Below are positions 63,310 to 64,000 of a DNA stretch of 64,000 nucleotides, one piece after another. Source of the stretch: Malacoraja senta (lineage: Eukaryota); the NCBI GenBank assembly GCA_038087875.1, contig CM075994.1, forward strand, positions 9,674,001 to 9,738,000, given 5' to 3'. A program made the position numbers and the translations under genes. Every line of letters begins with the position of its first letter. Position 1 is the stretch's first letter. The notes below the pieces were generated by a model. That model was not told the origin of the DNA and made no database searches. It worked only from the letters and a program-made list of their open reading frames with translations.

Positions 63310-64000
63310 AAAGTAACATTAGCAAATTTGCAGATGACACAAAGCTGGGTGGCAGTGTGAACTGTGAGGAAGATGCTATGAGAACGCAGGGTGACTTGGA
63401 CAGGTTGGGGGAGTGGGCAGATGCATGGCAGATGAAGTTTAATGCGGATAAATGTGAGGTTATCCACTTTGGTAGCAAAAACAGGAAGGCAGATTACTAT
63501 CTAAATAGTGTCAAGTTGGGAAAAAGGGAAGTACAACGGGATCTGGGGGTCCTTGTTCATCAGTCTATGAAAGTAACCATGCAGGTACAGCAGGCAGTGG
63601 AGAAAGCGAATGGCATGTTGACCTTTATAACAAGAGGAGTTGAGTATAGGATCAAAGAGGTCCTACTGCAGTTGTACAGAGCCCTAGTGAGACCACACCT
63701 GGAGTATTGTGTGCAGTTTTGGTCCCCTAATTTGAGGAAGGACATTCTTGCTATTGAGGGAGTGCAGTGTAGGATTACAAGGTTAATTCCCGGCAGGGCT
63801 GGACTGTCATATGCTGAGAGAATGGAGCAGCTGGGCTTGTACACTCTTGGGTTTAGAAGGATGAGAGGGTATCACATTGAAACAAATAAGATTGTTAAAG
63901 GTTTGGACACGCTAGAGGCAGGAAAACATGTTCCTGATGTTGGGGGAGTCCAGAACCAGGGGCCACACAGTTTAAGAATAAGGAGTAAGCCATTTAGAAC
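63310..64000 (+). mobile_element. CR1-type LINE fragment running off the window end
   Basis: SKFADDTKLGG... followed by the CR1 C-terminal region. Confidence 0.9.

Overview
Repeat-dense vertebrate genomic DNA, very likely from a cartilaginous fish (shark, skate or ray), inferred from abundant CR1/HER1-like LINEs and tRNA-derived HE1/V-SINE-like elements alongside Penelope, Rex1/Babar, L2 and DIRS remnants. Three spliced genes can be reconstructed by hand. (1) The last two exons of NFKBIL1 (+; 1642-1765, 4965-5571). (2) A complete 8-coding-exon TRAF1/TRAF2-family gene (-; 26664 to 11856; about 457 aa) with a RING, only two zinc fingers, a coiled coil and a TRAF-C domain. (3) The last seven exons of ABHD16A/BAT5 (-; 60987 to 45851). 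NFKBIL1 and ABHD16A are MHC class III genes in mammals, so this looks like an elasmobranch MHC class III segment. The TRAF gene has no counterpart in the mammalian MHC and is the most interesting object here: a candidate MHC-linked TRAF1/2 ohnolog with an unusual domain architecture. The three genes carry four frameshifts, each fixable by a 1-nt indel and most likely consensus errors. A 200-N scaffold gap at 31364-31563 separates NFKBIL1+TRAF from ABHD16A. Almost all ORFs in the supplied track are repeat-derived or low-complexity artefacts. Repeat boundaries are approximate, read by eye.
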